In this document: positions 50,158 through 62,950 of the stretch, piece after piece | Numbering within the stretch: position 1 is the stretch's first letter | Layout of the letters: each line of letters starts with the position of its first letter | DNA from: Octopus vulgaris | Lineage: Eukaryota | NCBI GenBank assembly: GCA_951406725.2 | Contig: OX597827.1 | Coordinates: 5,456,001-5,520,000 of the forward strand | DNA length: 64,000 nt | Reading direction: 5' to 3' | Made by a program: the position numbers and the translations under genes | Notes under the pieces: model-generated | The model's input: the letters and a program-made list of their open reading frames with translations, nothing else | What the model was told of the DNA's origin: nothing | Databases searched by the model: none

Positions 50158-50290
50158 ATCCCGACAGCTGTTTCTGGAGGCTCAGAGTTACTTCATAATG
50201 TTAACAAATGTAGTCAATCAAGAAATTTGAAGCCAGTAAAGGAAGCAAACAAACATTGGTAAGTTCTAGAGCTTCCTTCATCTGGGTGGA
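50158..50290 (-). ncRNA. Decayed type I hammerhead with ~100-nt stem II region
   Basis: CC-CAGAUGA-A-GGAAGCUC...GAGCCUCC-A-GAAA-CAGCUG-UC-GGGAU; palindromic stem III, GUC site, short stem I. Confidence 0.55.
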
Positions 50291-50376
50291 TAGATAAGGG
50301 TATAACATATCAGATCATTATGCAGGAAAATTATAATGTGTAGGAAAATATGCATGTATATATATATATATATATA

Positions 50377-50687
50377 TCACGTGATCACGTGACCGACCAG
50401 GCTATCAGATGTTGCTACAATCGCTGGTCACAATGCGCTTCGCATTGTTTTAGCCTTCAAATGATGCCATCCCACTGGCTAAGCGAGCAGGCCAACAGAA
50501 GAAAGAGTGAGAGAAAGTTGCGGCGAAAGAGTACAGCAGGGATTGCCACCACCCTCTGGCCAGAGCCTCATGAAGCTATAGGTGTTTTTGCTCAATAAAT
50601 ACTCACAATGCCAGGTCTGGAAATTGAAACCACGATCCTACGACCGCGAGTCCGCTGCCCTAACCACTGGGCCATTGCGCCTCCACA
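50377..50687 (-). mobile_element. SINE family C, tail type 2, full length within (TA)n
   Basis: Head at 50687; 3' end GGTCACGTGATCACGTGA abuts (TA)n. Confidence 0.9.
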
Positions 50688-50765
50688 TATATATATATGT
50701 GTGTGTGTATATATATATGTGTATATATATGTGTATATATATATGTGTGTGTATATATATATATA

Positions 50766-50815
<50 letters not shown>

Positions 50816-51023
50816 GAGAGAGGGGGAGAGAGAAAGAGAGAAAAGATAGATAAGATAAAAGTAAAATATATCAACCTTTGTAACATTTGAGCTCAAACTA
50901 TGCAAGTATGAAATTAAATAAAATATTGCAGGTCTGAATTCTAGCCTGACTGTCTTTCTGTCTCCACAGACTAATGAAAGCAATACTGATTACAAAACAG
51001 AGTATAATTTGCAACATGTAACA

Positions 51024-51099
<76 letters not shown>

Positions 51100-51364
51100 T
51101 ATATATATATATACATAGAGAGAGAGAGAGAGGAAATGCATGTAGTATACGTCTACTAACATATATTAATAGGTATGTACAAAAATTGCTAAGATCAGCT
51201 TTGCACTAAAACTCTAGCTTAAAGTGCAAATGTGAACAAGGTGTTGAAATTGCCTATCCAAGGTGGCTCTAGAAGTGGTACCTTGATTCAGCGGATATAA
51301 ATAGACCAAAAATGGAATACAGTTATGATAGATAAGTACAGTATCCTTTCATTGGAGAGTTTAA

Positions 51365-51585
51365 CCCTTTAGTGTTTGCATTATTCTGCTAAAATTAATG
51401 CTTCTTTATCTGCATTGTTTTGAACTAATCCTGCATTATCTTGTAGCTATGAGATTTTGATGAGGTAACTGTTAATTTTTAAGATGATATTGTAGGGTTG
51501 GTGTAAGAGACCAGATCTGGCCAGTTTGAACATAAAACAAGCAGAGTATTTTTGGCCGGATATGGCCGGTTTAAATGCTAAAGGG
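51365..51585. mobile_element. piggyBac-type MITE (family I)
   Basis: TTAA TSDs at 51361-51364 and 51586-51589; CCCTTTAG / CTAAAGGG TIRs. Confidence 0.9.
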
Positions 51586-51808
51586 TTAAGGTAAAGCAGT
51601 ACAGAATGAGGGATCCTCAGATGACTACTAATGTCCTCAATTAAGGATCTCTCTTTCTGTACTTCTTTACTCTGAACATTCTGATGATGGGATACTTGGA
51701 TTATGTAAATTCATTACACATTAGCATGAGACAATGGCTAAGGTATTCCAGAAACAGCCGTAAGAGATTTTGCTTATCTACCACAACTGTTTTATACTTT
51801 ATACTTTA

Positions 51809-52111
51809 CTAGCAATATCGCCTGGCGTTGCTCGGGTTTGTAAGGGAAATAACTATATAAGCATTTTTAGAGAGTTACTTCCCTTATATAATAGCAAAAA
51901 AATGCATTAGAAATGGGATATAATGATGGTAAATTTTTTTTTAAATCGTAGACTCATCATAGATGCGCACTAATACCCAGAAGGGCTCGATATGAATCAA
52001 GACTATAAGATACTCGCTTTTGGTTAAACTGCACCGCAAAATGTGGGAGTAGTTAGGAATCTAAATCGTAGGAGACAGACCCTCACACAACTTCACTTTT
52101 ATATATAAAGA
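51809..52111 (-). mobile_element. Non-autonomous Helitron (copy 3)
   Basis: TC...CTAG termini on the minus strand, A|T target, subterminal hairpin. Confidence 0.9.
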
Positions 52112-52213
52112 TTTGCACTCTTTACTATGAAGAAAATATCCCTGAGTAACGCCAAATGCTTTGCTTATCTGTATTCCATTTTTTATTTATTTATATATAT
52201 GCATATAGACAGA

Positions 52214-52290
<77 letters not shown>

Positions 52291-52820
52291 GAGATGAAAT
52301 TTCAGTTTGAATATGATCTTCTTCATATATCTGAATTGTTTAAAAATGCTCTGGAGAAACCATATTGGTGAATATTAAGAAGATAATAAAGGTCTAACTA
52401 GAAGCTTCTTCATACCCATCAAATATTTAAGAACATCAAAATAGAAATTTAATTTCCCTGTTTAGCAAAGTACAGTTGTTCAGAGTTCATTAAAGCTATA
52501 AATTTGCCTCTGTAGAATAAATAGGCTGTTTAGAATACCAGGTTAAAATACTTTAGAGATAGTTAAATAGAGCTTCACAAGATTCATAATTAATGTTGGG
52601 CGCTTTGTTGGAATTAATAAGTCATAAAGTATCTCATTATGCTTGAACCAAACTGAGTTTCATTTTAATAAGTGTGATAATGCATTGCTGATTAATACAG
52701 TCCAGAATGGGGAAGCAATGAAGCTATTATCTTTGCTTAGTATTCTGGCTGATATCCTTTTATCAGAGCCTGTTTTGGTGGTTGAAAAGGAAGAAAGTAT
52801 AAGGTTCAATGTTTTATTAT

Positions 52821-53115
52821 ATCATCATCATCATCGTTTAAAGTCCATTCTCCACACTAGCATGGGTTGGACGGTTCGACTGGGGATCTGGGAAGCCAGA
52901 AGGCTGCACCAGGCTCCAGTCTTATCTGGCAGTGTTTCTATGGCTGGATGCCCTTCCTAACGCCAAGCACTCCGTGAGTGTAGTGGGTGCTTTTTATGTG
53001 CCACCGGCACAGGTGCCAGGAGAGGCTGCCAGCAGCCACGGTTGGATTGGTACATTTTACATGCCACCAGCACGGAAGCCAGTCGAGGCGGTGCTGGCAT
53101 CGGCCACAATTCGGA
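52821..53115 (-). mobile_element. RTE 3' UTR (family E)
   Basis: (ATC)n plus two repeat units. Confidence 0.85.
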
Positions 53116-53137
53116 TCCTTAAATAAATTGTAGAAAG

Positions 53138-53345
53138 TGGCAAACTGGCAAAATCATTAGCATATCAAACAAAATGCTTAGTGGCATTTCTATCAACTTT
53201 TTACGTTCTGAGTTCAGATCTTGCCATGGCCAACTCTGGTTTTCATCCCTTGGGGGTTCATAAAAGTACTAATCAAGTACTGGGGTTGATGTAATCAACT
53301 GCTCCCCACCAACACAAAAAAAAAAAAAAAATTGCTGGCCTTGAA
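53138..53345 (+). mobile_element. SINE family B, old copy
   Basis: GGCAAACTGGCAAAATC head...GAGTTCAGATC...AAGTACTGGGGTTGAT. Confidence 0.7.
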
Positions 53346-53525
53346 ACCTGTTATTGACTGGTTTCATATTCAGAGGAATGTTGTGATCTTGGTCACTTTA
53401 CATTATGGAATTCAGGTAACCATTCTTAGGGGTCCTATGGTCATTTACAAACATCCCATGATGGAAAAACAAGGGTACAACACAAACACACATGCTGGCC
53501 CCATATATATATATATATATGTATG

Positions 53526-53565
<40 letters not shown>

Positions 53566-53568
53566 AAT

Positions 53569-53951
53569 ATCATCATCATCATCATCATCATTTAATATCC
53601 GCTGTCTGTGCTGGCATGGGTTGGACTGGGCTGGCATGCAGGAAGGCTGCACCAAACTCCTGTCTGATTTGGCATGGTTTTCTATGGCTGGATGCTCTTG
53701 CTAATGCTGACCATTCTGAGAGTGTAATGGGTGCTTACGTGCCACCAGCACGGGTGCCATTTGCGTGACACTGGGGCACATTTATGTGCCACCGGCATGA
53801 ATGCCAATTTGCATAACCCCGGTATCTGCCACGACTGCAATTTTCTTCAGCTTGATGGGTCTTCTTCTCATGCATGACATAATGCCAAAAGGTCTCGGTC
53901 ATTGCCTCTATGAGGCGCAACTCTCAAAAGGAGGAACTCAGCTACTTTGCC
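53569..53951 (-). mobile_element. RTE LINE 3' end including the last coding residues
   Basis: Minus strand LRLIEAMT..FWHYVMHEKKTHQA (resembles the RTE ending ExMTxDRxxWR) runs directly into the family E UTR and (GAT)n tail. Confidence 0.7.
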
Positions 53952-53982
53952 TAACTCTCGAAAGGAAATATATTGTATATTA

Positions 53983-54027
<45 letters not shown>

Positions 54028-54084
54028 ATGTATGTGTGTATGTATGTATGTATGTATGTATGTATGTATGTATATATATATATA

Positions 54085-54655
54085 TATATTTACAACAGGC
54101 TTTTCCTGTTTCTAGGTACCAAATCCACTCACAAGGTTTTGCTTGGCTCAGGAATATAGATGAAGACAATTGCTTAACCCTTTCGTTACCAACCTGGCTG
54201 AAATCGGCTCTGGCTCTATAGTACCAATATTTTGTTTCCATAAGTTTTTAATTAAAATCTTCCACCAAACCTTAGTCACAATTTATGTTCCTAACACTAG
54301 CTTAATGATAACCAAGTTCCCTCTCTCTCTCTTTCGGAGAGGCACTGAGCACCTACATGCACACATACACACACGGCAGTAACTTCCACCTACTGAATTC
54401 AATCACAAAGATTTGGTCGACTCGGGGCTATAGTGGAAGACACCTGCCCAAAGTGCCACGCAGTGGGACTGAACCCGAAACCATATAGCTAGGAAGTTAT
54501 TTTACTAAATTCTTTGTTATATTTAAAATTAATTGAAAGAAACAGAGAGGATCTCAACAGAAATACGGTAACAAAATGGTTAATGTCATACAGTTGGATT
54601 GAACCTAAGATCACATGGGTAGGAAGCAAGCTTCATAGCGACACACAAATGCACC
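54085..54655 (-). mobile_element. Old SINE family A split by a MITE
   Basis: GAAGACAATTGC-TTAA|...|TGTCATACAGTTGGATTGAACC rejoins to the family A consensus. Confidence 0.7.
54178..54579. mobile_element. piggyBac-type MITE (family H, reverse orientation) containing a SINE A fragment (54319-54493)
   Basis: TTAA at 54174-54177 and 54580-54583; reverse match to 16368-16588; inner insert flanked by AAGTT repeats. Confidence 0.85.
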
Positions 54656-55354
54656 ACATATATGAAGAGGTTCTGCTCTGTTTTCAATCAACAAAATTCA
54701 CTCATAAGACTGGTCAGTCTGAGACTGCCTTCCCAAGATTTAGACAATGAACTGAACTTGGAACCAGATGGTTGCAAAACCATTTGTAAAATATCTGTCG
54801 ACAAAGCAAATTTGAAAGGTCCCTGAAGCAGAAGCAAGAACAGAGCAAGAAGTGACTGTAAACGGTGGGCACTAACATATTGAATGTAATGAACCAAGAA
54901 GATTTAATTAATTAAAATTATACCCTTAATGATGAGAAACAACCATTATCTTGATGACTGATACTGATCGAGAGTGGTAGGGTTGTTGTTGTTGTTATTG
55001 CAGGTGGTGGTGGTGGTGGTGGTGGTGGGGCTGGTAGTGGTGGTTGAAGTGTGAATGGTTAGGGTGATGAAAGTGGAGATGGTTGGGTGATGGTAATGGT
55101 GGATGACAGTGAAGATGGCTGTGATAGTTGCAGTGGTGATGAAAATGTTGTTGTTGTTGGTGGTGGTGGTGGTGAAGGTGTTGATAGTAGTGGTGGGGGT
55201 GAGGTGGCAAAAGTATTGGTGGTGGTGGTGGTGGTTGTGGTATGGTCACATCTCAGAATTGTAAGTCTCTCAGAAATGGTAGCAAATAACAAAATAAAGT
55301 GCATGCAGCCCATCCAGACATGGGAAAATGGACACCAAACGGAGCAGTCTGTGA

Positions 55355-55387
<33 letters not shown>

Positions 55388-55943
55388 CATATATGTGTGT
55401 GAGTCTGTAAATGTACGTAAGTATGTGCATGTGTATGTGTATGCGTGTGCTGATTTATTTATGAGTTTGTGTATGTGAGAGACAGAGAGGGAGAGAGAGA
55501 GAGAGAGAAAGTACAGGTGTCTGTGTGTGTGTAAGAGAGAGAGAGAGAGAGAGTGAGAGTGAGGGGGGGGTGAGTGTATTGCGAAAGAGTGCACATGTGC
55601 ATACATGCATGTGTCTGTGCTTCACTTTTTGCTGTCATTCAGTATTTTTTGCTAAGCAAAGCATTAAATTGTCGTCCATGCATGAACAGCAAGTCTTAAA
55701 TCAGGTAAAACACCTTTGTGTAATGCAAGAGTGAAGAAGGAGGAGGAGGAGGGGAGGGGGGAGTAGAGAAGTATTAACGTCGTAGTCATCCTTATCCTCC
55801 TCCTCATCATCATCATCAATATTATCATTGTTACCAACATCATTTGCTTTGTTGTTTCGCATCAATTTTCCCCGTTCTGGTATGGGTCAGTATGGTTTGT
55901 TTCAAAGCACAGTATTACCCCTTTTCTCAATCCTTCATCATCT

Positions 55944-56003
<60 letters not shown>

Positions 56004-56018
56004 ATAACAACAGCAACA

Positions 56019-56510
56019 GTGGAGACACAATGGCCCAGTGGTTAGGGCAGAGGACTCACAGTCATAAGAACGCAGTTTCGATTCCCAGACCGGGCATTGT
56101 GAGTGTTTTTTTGAGCAAAAACACTTAAACCCCACGAGGCTCCAGTGGGGAGGGGTAGTGAACCCCGCTGTACTCTTTCACCAGAATTTTCTCTCACTAC
56201 TTCTGCCACAAAGCAGAGGAACCATGGGGTAACCCACTATGGTGTGGTTCACTTTCAGACCCTAGTCTAGATTGCGAATCCTCTGTACCCCAAGATGGTT
56301 CAGCTCTCCACCAGTTAAAAGCCACTGTTTACGGAATGAGGATAACAATGTAGCTTTCGCACCCATGCAACCGCCAGTCTATTGTGTGTGGTGGGTGGAT
56401 CTTCAAGTTGCCATACACATTCTTAGTAGCTTAGAGTAGGCCCGAATTAGAGATTATTCTTTGTGGCTAATGGCATGAGTCCTGATCGGAAAAAGAACAA
56501 CAGCAACAAT
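56019..56510 (+). mobile_element. SINE family C, tail type 3 ending in (AAC)n-like repeats
   Basis: Family C head, then about 290 bp not shared with the other copies. Sits between CAACAGCAAC repeats (about 56008 and 56498), a possible TSD. Confidence 0.7.
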
Positions 56511-57027
56511 CAGAACAACTAGAGAAAAACCCACTAACATTCTTGTTTCGTTCTAGAGACATGGGTTTTCAGCTGTGTGCTCCATCTAGCACCAACCACT
56601 TTACAATATGAACTGCATGTATTTTATAGCACCACTTGCATTAGAGAAATTGTCTGCACAACGGCTAAAAAGGCCCCCACTATTCTCTAGAATATCCACA
56701 ATGAATTGCAGAGTTCATATTGCCATTCTTTCACCTTCACAATTTTTTCCTTGAATTCTTCGGCTATATGTCCTTCATACTATTAACCACTTTGCAGTAT
56801 GAATTGGGTACGTTTTTGTACCACTGGCATTATTTCATACCTTGAGGTCTCCTTCTTTTATTTATACTCCTAAAGATTATTATATTGATTCTATTTGTTA
56901 GCATATCATTTTGATGCGTTCATGTACTGCAGTTTCCCTGCCTTGGTTCTGTCTGCATCTGTGTTTTCACTTTCTTTGCTGAGATAATATCTTACCATTA
57001 CTTTAGAAATTTCCTATAGTGAATATC

Positions 57028-57288
57028 ACCTGACTGGCTTCTGTGCCAGTGGCACATAAAAAGCACCAACCGATCGTGGCCACTGCCAGTCTCCCCTGGC
57101 ACCTGTGCCGGTGGCACGTAAAAATCACCCACTACACTCACGGAGTGGTTGGCATTAGAAAGGGCATCCAGCTGTAGAAACACTGCCAGATCAGACTGGA
57201 ACCTGGTACAGCCTCCTGGCTTCCCAGACCCCGGTCAAACCGTCCAACCCGTGCTAGCATGGAAAACGGATGTTAAACGATGAACGAT
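57028..57288 (+). mobile_element. RTE 3' UTR (family E)
   Basis: Two repeat units plus GAAAGGGCATCCAGC and a GTTAAACGATG end. Confidence 0.85.
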
Positions 57289-57597
57289 ATATGTATGTGT
57301 AACAGTGTCTGTATAAGCATACACACACATATTTACATGAAGACATACGTACATATACTCACACTGGGATTTCATTTGTTTTGTAGACTGTTATTATTTT
57401 TTTAAAATAAAAATCTATGACATCCAAGTTACAAATATCTTACTTTTCTATTTTTCTATACAAAGTCAATGAAATAGAAAATAACAAACACCATTTTATC
57501 ATTTGATCATTCAAATCAGAGCATCAAATGGAAACATTGAATCAAAATCAGTGAAAGAAAAGAGAATTAAAAACTGACACTTTTAGAATAATTCAGC

Positions 57598-58135
57598 AGG
57601 AACAGGCTGTGTGGTTAAGAAGCTTGCTTTTCAACCATATGTTTGGGGTTCAATCCTACTGTGTGGCACTTTGGGGAAGTGTCATTCACTATAACCCTGA
57701 GTTGACCAATGCCTTGGGAATGAATATGGTTGACAGAAACTGTGCATATATATATATATATATCACGTGACCGACCAGACCATCAGATGTTGTTACACAT
57801 CGCTGGTCACAATGCGTTCGCATTGTTTTAGCCTTCGAATGATGCCACCCCGCTGGCTAAGTGAGCAGGCCAATATATATATATATATATATATATATGG
57901 GTGTATGTGCGTGTGTGTGTGTCCTTATGTTTCTCTTTGTCCCTCTGCCACCACTTGACAACTGATATTGGTTTGTTTACATCCCAGTAACTTAGCAGTT
58001 TGTTAAAGAAAACCGATAGGATAAGTAATAAATTTTAAAAAATAAGCACTGTAGTTGATTTCTGCAACTAAAGCTTTCAAGGCAATGCCCCAGCATGGCC
58101 ACAACCTAGTAACTAAAACAAGTAAAAGAAGTTAA
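57598..58135 (+). mobile_element. Old SINE family A with a family C tail (57763-57873, minus) inside its TA linker
   Basis: Head at 57598-57745 and tail at 57920-58135; the insert is flanked by (TA)n on both sides. Confidence 0.75.
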
Positions 58136-58447
58136 AAATATCTTAAGAAATAAGAACTTATGAAGGATGGATATGTTATAGAATTACAAACTGGTTTGCA
58201 GGAGCAACTGCTTTCAAAGTCTTATCTTGTTTGAATGCTCGAAATAAGGAGTAGAAGGTCAGCCAACAACTGATGAAGGGTCGTTTTTTTTATGTTACTT
58301 GTCTTGTTTCACATTTGTTTCTCTTGTTTTTTGCATACCATCGTTATTTTCATATTTCATGTTTGTTTACGTTTTTGTGACGTCCTGTACCGATATATGC
58401 ATAGCTATATACATATATATACGTATGTATATATGTGTGTCTATATA

Positions 58448-58485
<38 letters not shown>

Positions 58486-58486
58486 T

Positions 58487-59057
58487 ATAATCAAAAATAA
58501 GCAACAAGAATGAATCTGGTAATTTAGTACAATTGTTTCATACTACAACATTTTATTAAAAGCTGTAAATATTACAGCAGATCTAATATGCCGAGTAATC
58601 TTCAGCTAATTTTATATAGGTTTTCCAATAATATAAAGTTCTCAGATCAATTAATAACATCTTAGGGAAGTTAAATATACAGATAAAGATGTAGATATGA
58701 ATCTTAGGAACATGAGGTAGTGTTGTTAGGGTGCCAACCTGACCAAAACTTTGCTCACAACTGACTGTTGTAAGAAAAATTCCTTAGTTATAAGGATGGG
58801 GGTAAGGGCAGGTCAAGAATTCAAGTTAGTTGAAGAAAAGAAGAGGGAAATTCAAGAGATGTAATAGAAGAACAGATTGTCACTAGAACAAAGGGTCAAT
58901 CTATTTATGTGGTGGCAAAAGATTTAGGTCAGTGTAGAAATTCTTAGGAACATATGAGATAGAAGGTCAGCTACTAAACAGCTTTTAATAAAATGTTGTA
59001 GTATGAAACAATTGTACTAAATTACCGGATCCATTCTCGTTGCTTACTTTTGATTAT
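58487..59057. mobile_element. PLE-type remnant with an inverted partial terminal copy
   Basis: 58487-58566 is the reverse complement of 58978-59057; adjoins (TA)n; carries a hammerhead. Confidence 0.7.
58521..58611 (-). ncRNA. Type I hammerhead with extended stem II
   Basis: AAUUAG-CUGAAGA-U-UACU...AGUA-U-GAAA-CAAUUG-UA-CUAAAUU; palindromic stem III, GUA site. Confidence 0.7.
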
Positions 59058-59235
59058 AATCACCCCGCATATTTTTATGGCTAACATCATAAAAAATTCT
59101 GGTGCATCTAAATTAAGTGCCATATTCATTTGAATCTAAATTGTTGCTGAACTTATATGTACATATATATATATATATATAGATAGATAGATAATATTAT
59201 ATATAGCTATATTTATATATTTTATATATATATAT

Positions 59236-59285
<50 letters not shown>

Positions 59286-60822
59286 ATAATGTGTTTCTTT
59301 TCATGGTCACATGTGTAAAAAGAGATTGAAGCAACAGATGGAGAGAAAGTCATTGGCCGTCAAGGATATTAAATATAGGTGAGGGGGAGTGAAGGAATTA
59401 CAATTACAGGGTGGAGTAGCAGCCATTTTGGTCATAATAAAATTACAAATTTTGTCATAAATTTTCAGTGAACTTCATAGTTTATTTCAAAATAGTTAAA
59501 AACAAAAAAAATATTTGAAAACAATACATCACATGTTCATTTTAAATTATGGAAGCTCACACAAACACACAAGAGCACAAATATGTACGTGCACACACAC
59601 GCACACACAAATTTACTCACATCCACCCACACATGTAGACACACCCTCATCCACCCACACTCACACAGCAATATGACCTTTTGTTTTTAAATGGATCTCA
59701 AAGAATATATAAAGCTATAAATAATAACGTAAATATTGGGTAGAAAAATCTTTTTTTGGATAGAAAAAGTCAGGAATATAACTTTTGTTTAATCATTAAC
59801 TAAAACATTGCAGGTTGTTTTAGAAAAACTACTTTTTAAACAAAACAAAATAGTTTAATATTTAACACACACACACACATGAACACATACATGCACACAC
59901 ACATGCACATGCACCCACACACATATGCATACACATACGTATTCACATACAGACATGCACATACGCACATATACTTTGGTCTCCTCTTTAAAATGCATAT
60001 TTTTGAATGAAGTTGGGCAGAATGCTTTTTCATTGATGTATATTATGATTATGGTGACAAAAGTTTGAAAAAAAAAAAAGAATTTAAAGGATGTGTTCTG
60101 GATCATTCTCTTCTTCAACTGACTTGTTATGCAATTTTTGTATTCTGAGTGGTTTAAAAAAAAAAATTATCAAACAGTCACAACCTGTATTCACAAAAAC
60201 ATGGTAAAATTTTGCTGAAAAATCCATTTTCAAGAGAGTTATGTCGAAATAAAGTTGTTAAGGTTGGAAGTGACCAAAATCTCTTAAAAATGAAAAAAAT
60301 AATTTGTTTTATCATAATAATCATAAACAACACTCTTGACAATGTATCTCTAAAAATTTTCATAAAAAATATGAACTTTTCAGAAAGAAACAAAACAAGA
60401 ACAGCTAACTATAGTTTGGTGTAGTTATACACACACATATATAATAATAGTCTCAAAGAAGTATATATTTAATTTTGCACATACTCTCACACACACTTTG
60501 ATATAGAAATTATTTAAAAAAAAATATTTAGTATTTAATTTCATACCTCCACCTTTGTTTTCCCATATACTGAAATATGCACTTTTTTTAAAATAAAATT
60601 TTGTAGAGATGCATTTTTGGAAACATGGTTTACAACTATGCTGATAAAATTTAGAAAGTTCTGGATCAATCTTCCCTGCTCCCAACATCTTCCAGTGCCC
60701 TCATTTTAAATGTGGTTCTGCAAAATCCCATTTAAAAATATGGAATCTAAAAAGAGTTATGTGGAAACGAAATCAAGAGTCTGGGGCAATGAGGTGAAAC
60801 TTTTCAAAAAACATTTTGAATA

Positions 60823-61225
60823 GGCCCAGGAGTGGCTGTGTGGTAAGTAGCTTGTCTACCAACCACATGGTTCTGGGTTCAGTCCCACTGCGTGGCACCT
60901 TGGGCAAGTGTCTTCTACTATAGCCTCGGGCCGACCAAAGCCTTGTGAGTGGATTTGGTAGACGGAAACTGAAAGAAGCCCGAAGTATATATGTATATAT
61001 ATGTGCGTGTGTGTGTTTGTGTGTCTGTGTTTGTCCCTTAGCATTGCTTGACAACCGATGCTGGTGTGTTTATGTCCCCGTTACTTAGCGGTTCGGCAAA
61101 AGAGACCAATAGAATAAGTACTGGGCTTACAAAAGAATAAGTCCCGGGGTCGAGTTGCTCGATTAAAGGCGGTGCTCCAGCATGGCCGCAGTCAAATGAC
61201 TGAAACAAGTAAAAGAGTAAAGAGT
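60823..61225 (+). mobile_element. SINE family A, full length
   Basis: Close match. Confidence 0.9.
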
Positions 61226-61544
61226 AATATGCTTTGTCAAAATAATCATAACCTACACTTTCAAATACTTCTCTGTGATAAATCTATTGTCATATCTGAC
61301 AACATTAGCATAATCATCATTATAGTTTTAGATGTTCATCTTTCCATGCTTGCATGGATCAGATGGATTTCATTGAAACAGATTTTTCTGTTACCAACCC
61401 TCACCTGCTTCAAGGTAAGGTGATATTTCCCCTTAACTGTGGACCTTCTTTCATGGAAAGATAGAGGTGAATGGCACCACTAGTATGATGGTGACATTCG
61501 CTTACTACCATCACATGATGTCAAGATAAGGAGACACTTCCCCA

Positions 61545-61601
<57 letters not shown>

Positions 61602-61704
61602 ATACAAACATACATACTTATATATATATATATTTATATATATATGCACACACACATACTAGCTTAAAAGCCGCACACCATGCAGACTTTTAATAATAAA
61701 GATA

Positions 61705-61801
61705 TAATAGGACTTTTTGAACATTGAATGGCTAGGAGGGTCCATTTAAGTAAAATAGGAATCAAAAGGGTCAATAAGTAAAAAATGGTTGAGAACCACT
61801 G
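61705..61801. mobile_element. One end of a hAT/Charlie-type MITE
   Basis: Ends AAAAATGGTTGAGAACCACTG, the reverse complement of the CAGTGGTTCTCAAC TIR. Other end not found. Confidence 0.5.
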
Positions 61802-62483
61802 GTTTATATAATGTTTGATACCTTATTTGATATGATAACCAATGTTTGTATACTATTAAAATTTTAAACAGAATGAATGTGTGATATATCGGTGGCTTGT
61901 GAAATAGGAGTATTAATGTTTATGTCTCTTTCAAATTCTTGATATTTATTCTTCTCATGGTACCATAATTTAATTCAATTTCTTTCTTTTTTTTATTTTA
62001 TTTTATTTCATTGAAGCAACTCTTGCTGTTTCAGTTTATTTCTCATCTTGAATTCCCATGGCTATCTTTAAATTGTAAATAAATATCAATATGGAATTTA
62101 GATTCAACAATTTAACTGGAAAATGCTGTAAAGCTTTAACAACCTAAAGCAGCATCAGGTTTTTTTTTTGTTATTTTTTTATAAAGATATACGTGAATTT
62201 AATCACTTCTATCATCATCATTTAATGTCTGCTTTTCTATGCTAGCACAGGTAAAAGGGAATTTGTTGAGACATAATGTTCTACAACTGGATGCCTTCCC
62301 TGTCACCAATGCTCACCTGTTTTCCCTTAGAAAGACATACATTCAACAAAAGACTGGAGACAAAATATCACTTGTTTGATAGTGATGCTTGTCTACAGCC
62401 ATCATGTGATATTCAAGACAAGACTACACACAGACAGAAATATGCACACACACAAATACATACATATACATTTATATAACCCT

Positions 62484-62639
62484 ACGGAATGGTTGGTGTT
62501 AGGAAGGGCATCCAGCCATTAAAACTATGCCGAAACAGACCAAGTAGCCTGGTGTAGATTTCTGCCTGGTTATCTCCTGTCAAACCATCCAATCTATACC
62601 AGCATGGAAGACATACATTAAATGATGATGATGATGATA
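62484..62639 (+). mobile_element. RTE-type 3' UTR (family E relative)
   Basis: GGTTGGTGTTAGGAAGGGCATCCAGCC...(GAT)n. Confidence 0.7.
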
Positions 62640-62644
62640 ACAGA

Positions 62645-62850
62645 CTTCTTTCAGTCATTTGACTGTGGCCATGCTAGGGCACTGCCTTGAAGAATTTATA
62701 GTTGAAAGTATCAATTCCCAGTACTTTTTTTAAGCTTGGTACTTATTCTATCAGTCTCTTTTGCCGAACCACTGTGTCATGAGGATGTAAACACACTAAC
62801 ATTGATTGTAAAGTAGTGGTGAGGTACAAACACAGCCACAAGCACACACA
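62645..62850 (-). mobile_element. SINE family A, 3' half
   Basis: Reverse tail match. Confidence 0.75.
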
Positions 62851-62902
62851 GACACACACACACACATGCATACACATGCACACACAAACTGTGTAGAAGA
62901 GT

Positions 62903-62946
<44 letters not shown>

Positions 62947-62950
<4 letters not shown>

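Noticed and set aside
54980-55245. His/Pro- or Gly/Val-rich ORFs and G-rich tract
   Set aside because: Degenerate (GGT/GAT/GTT)n low-complexity repeat.
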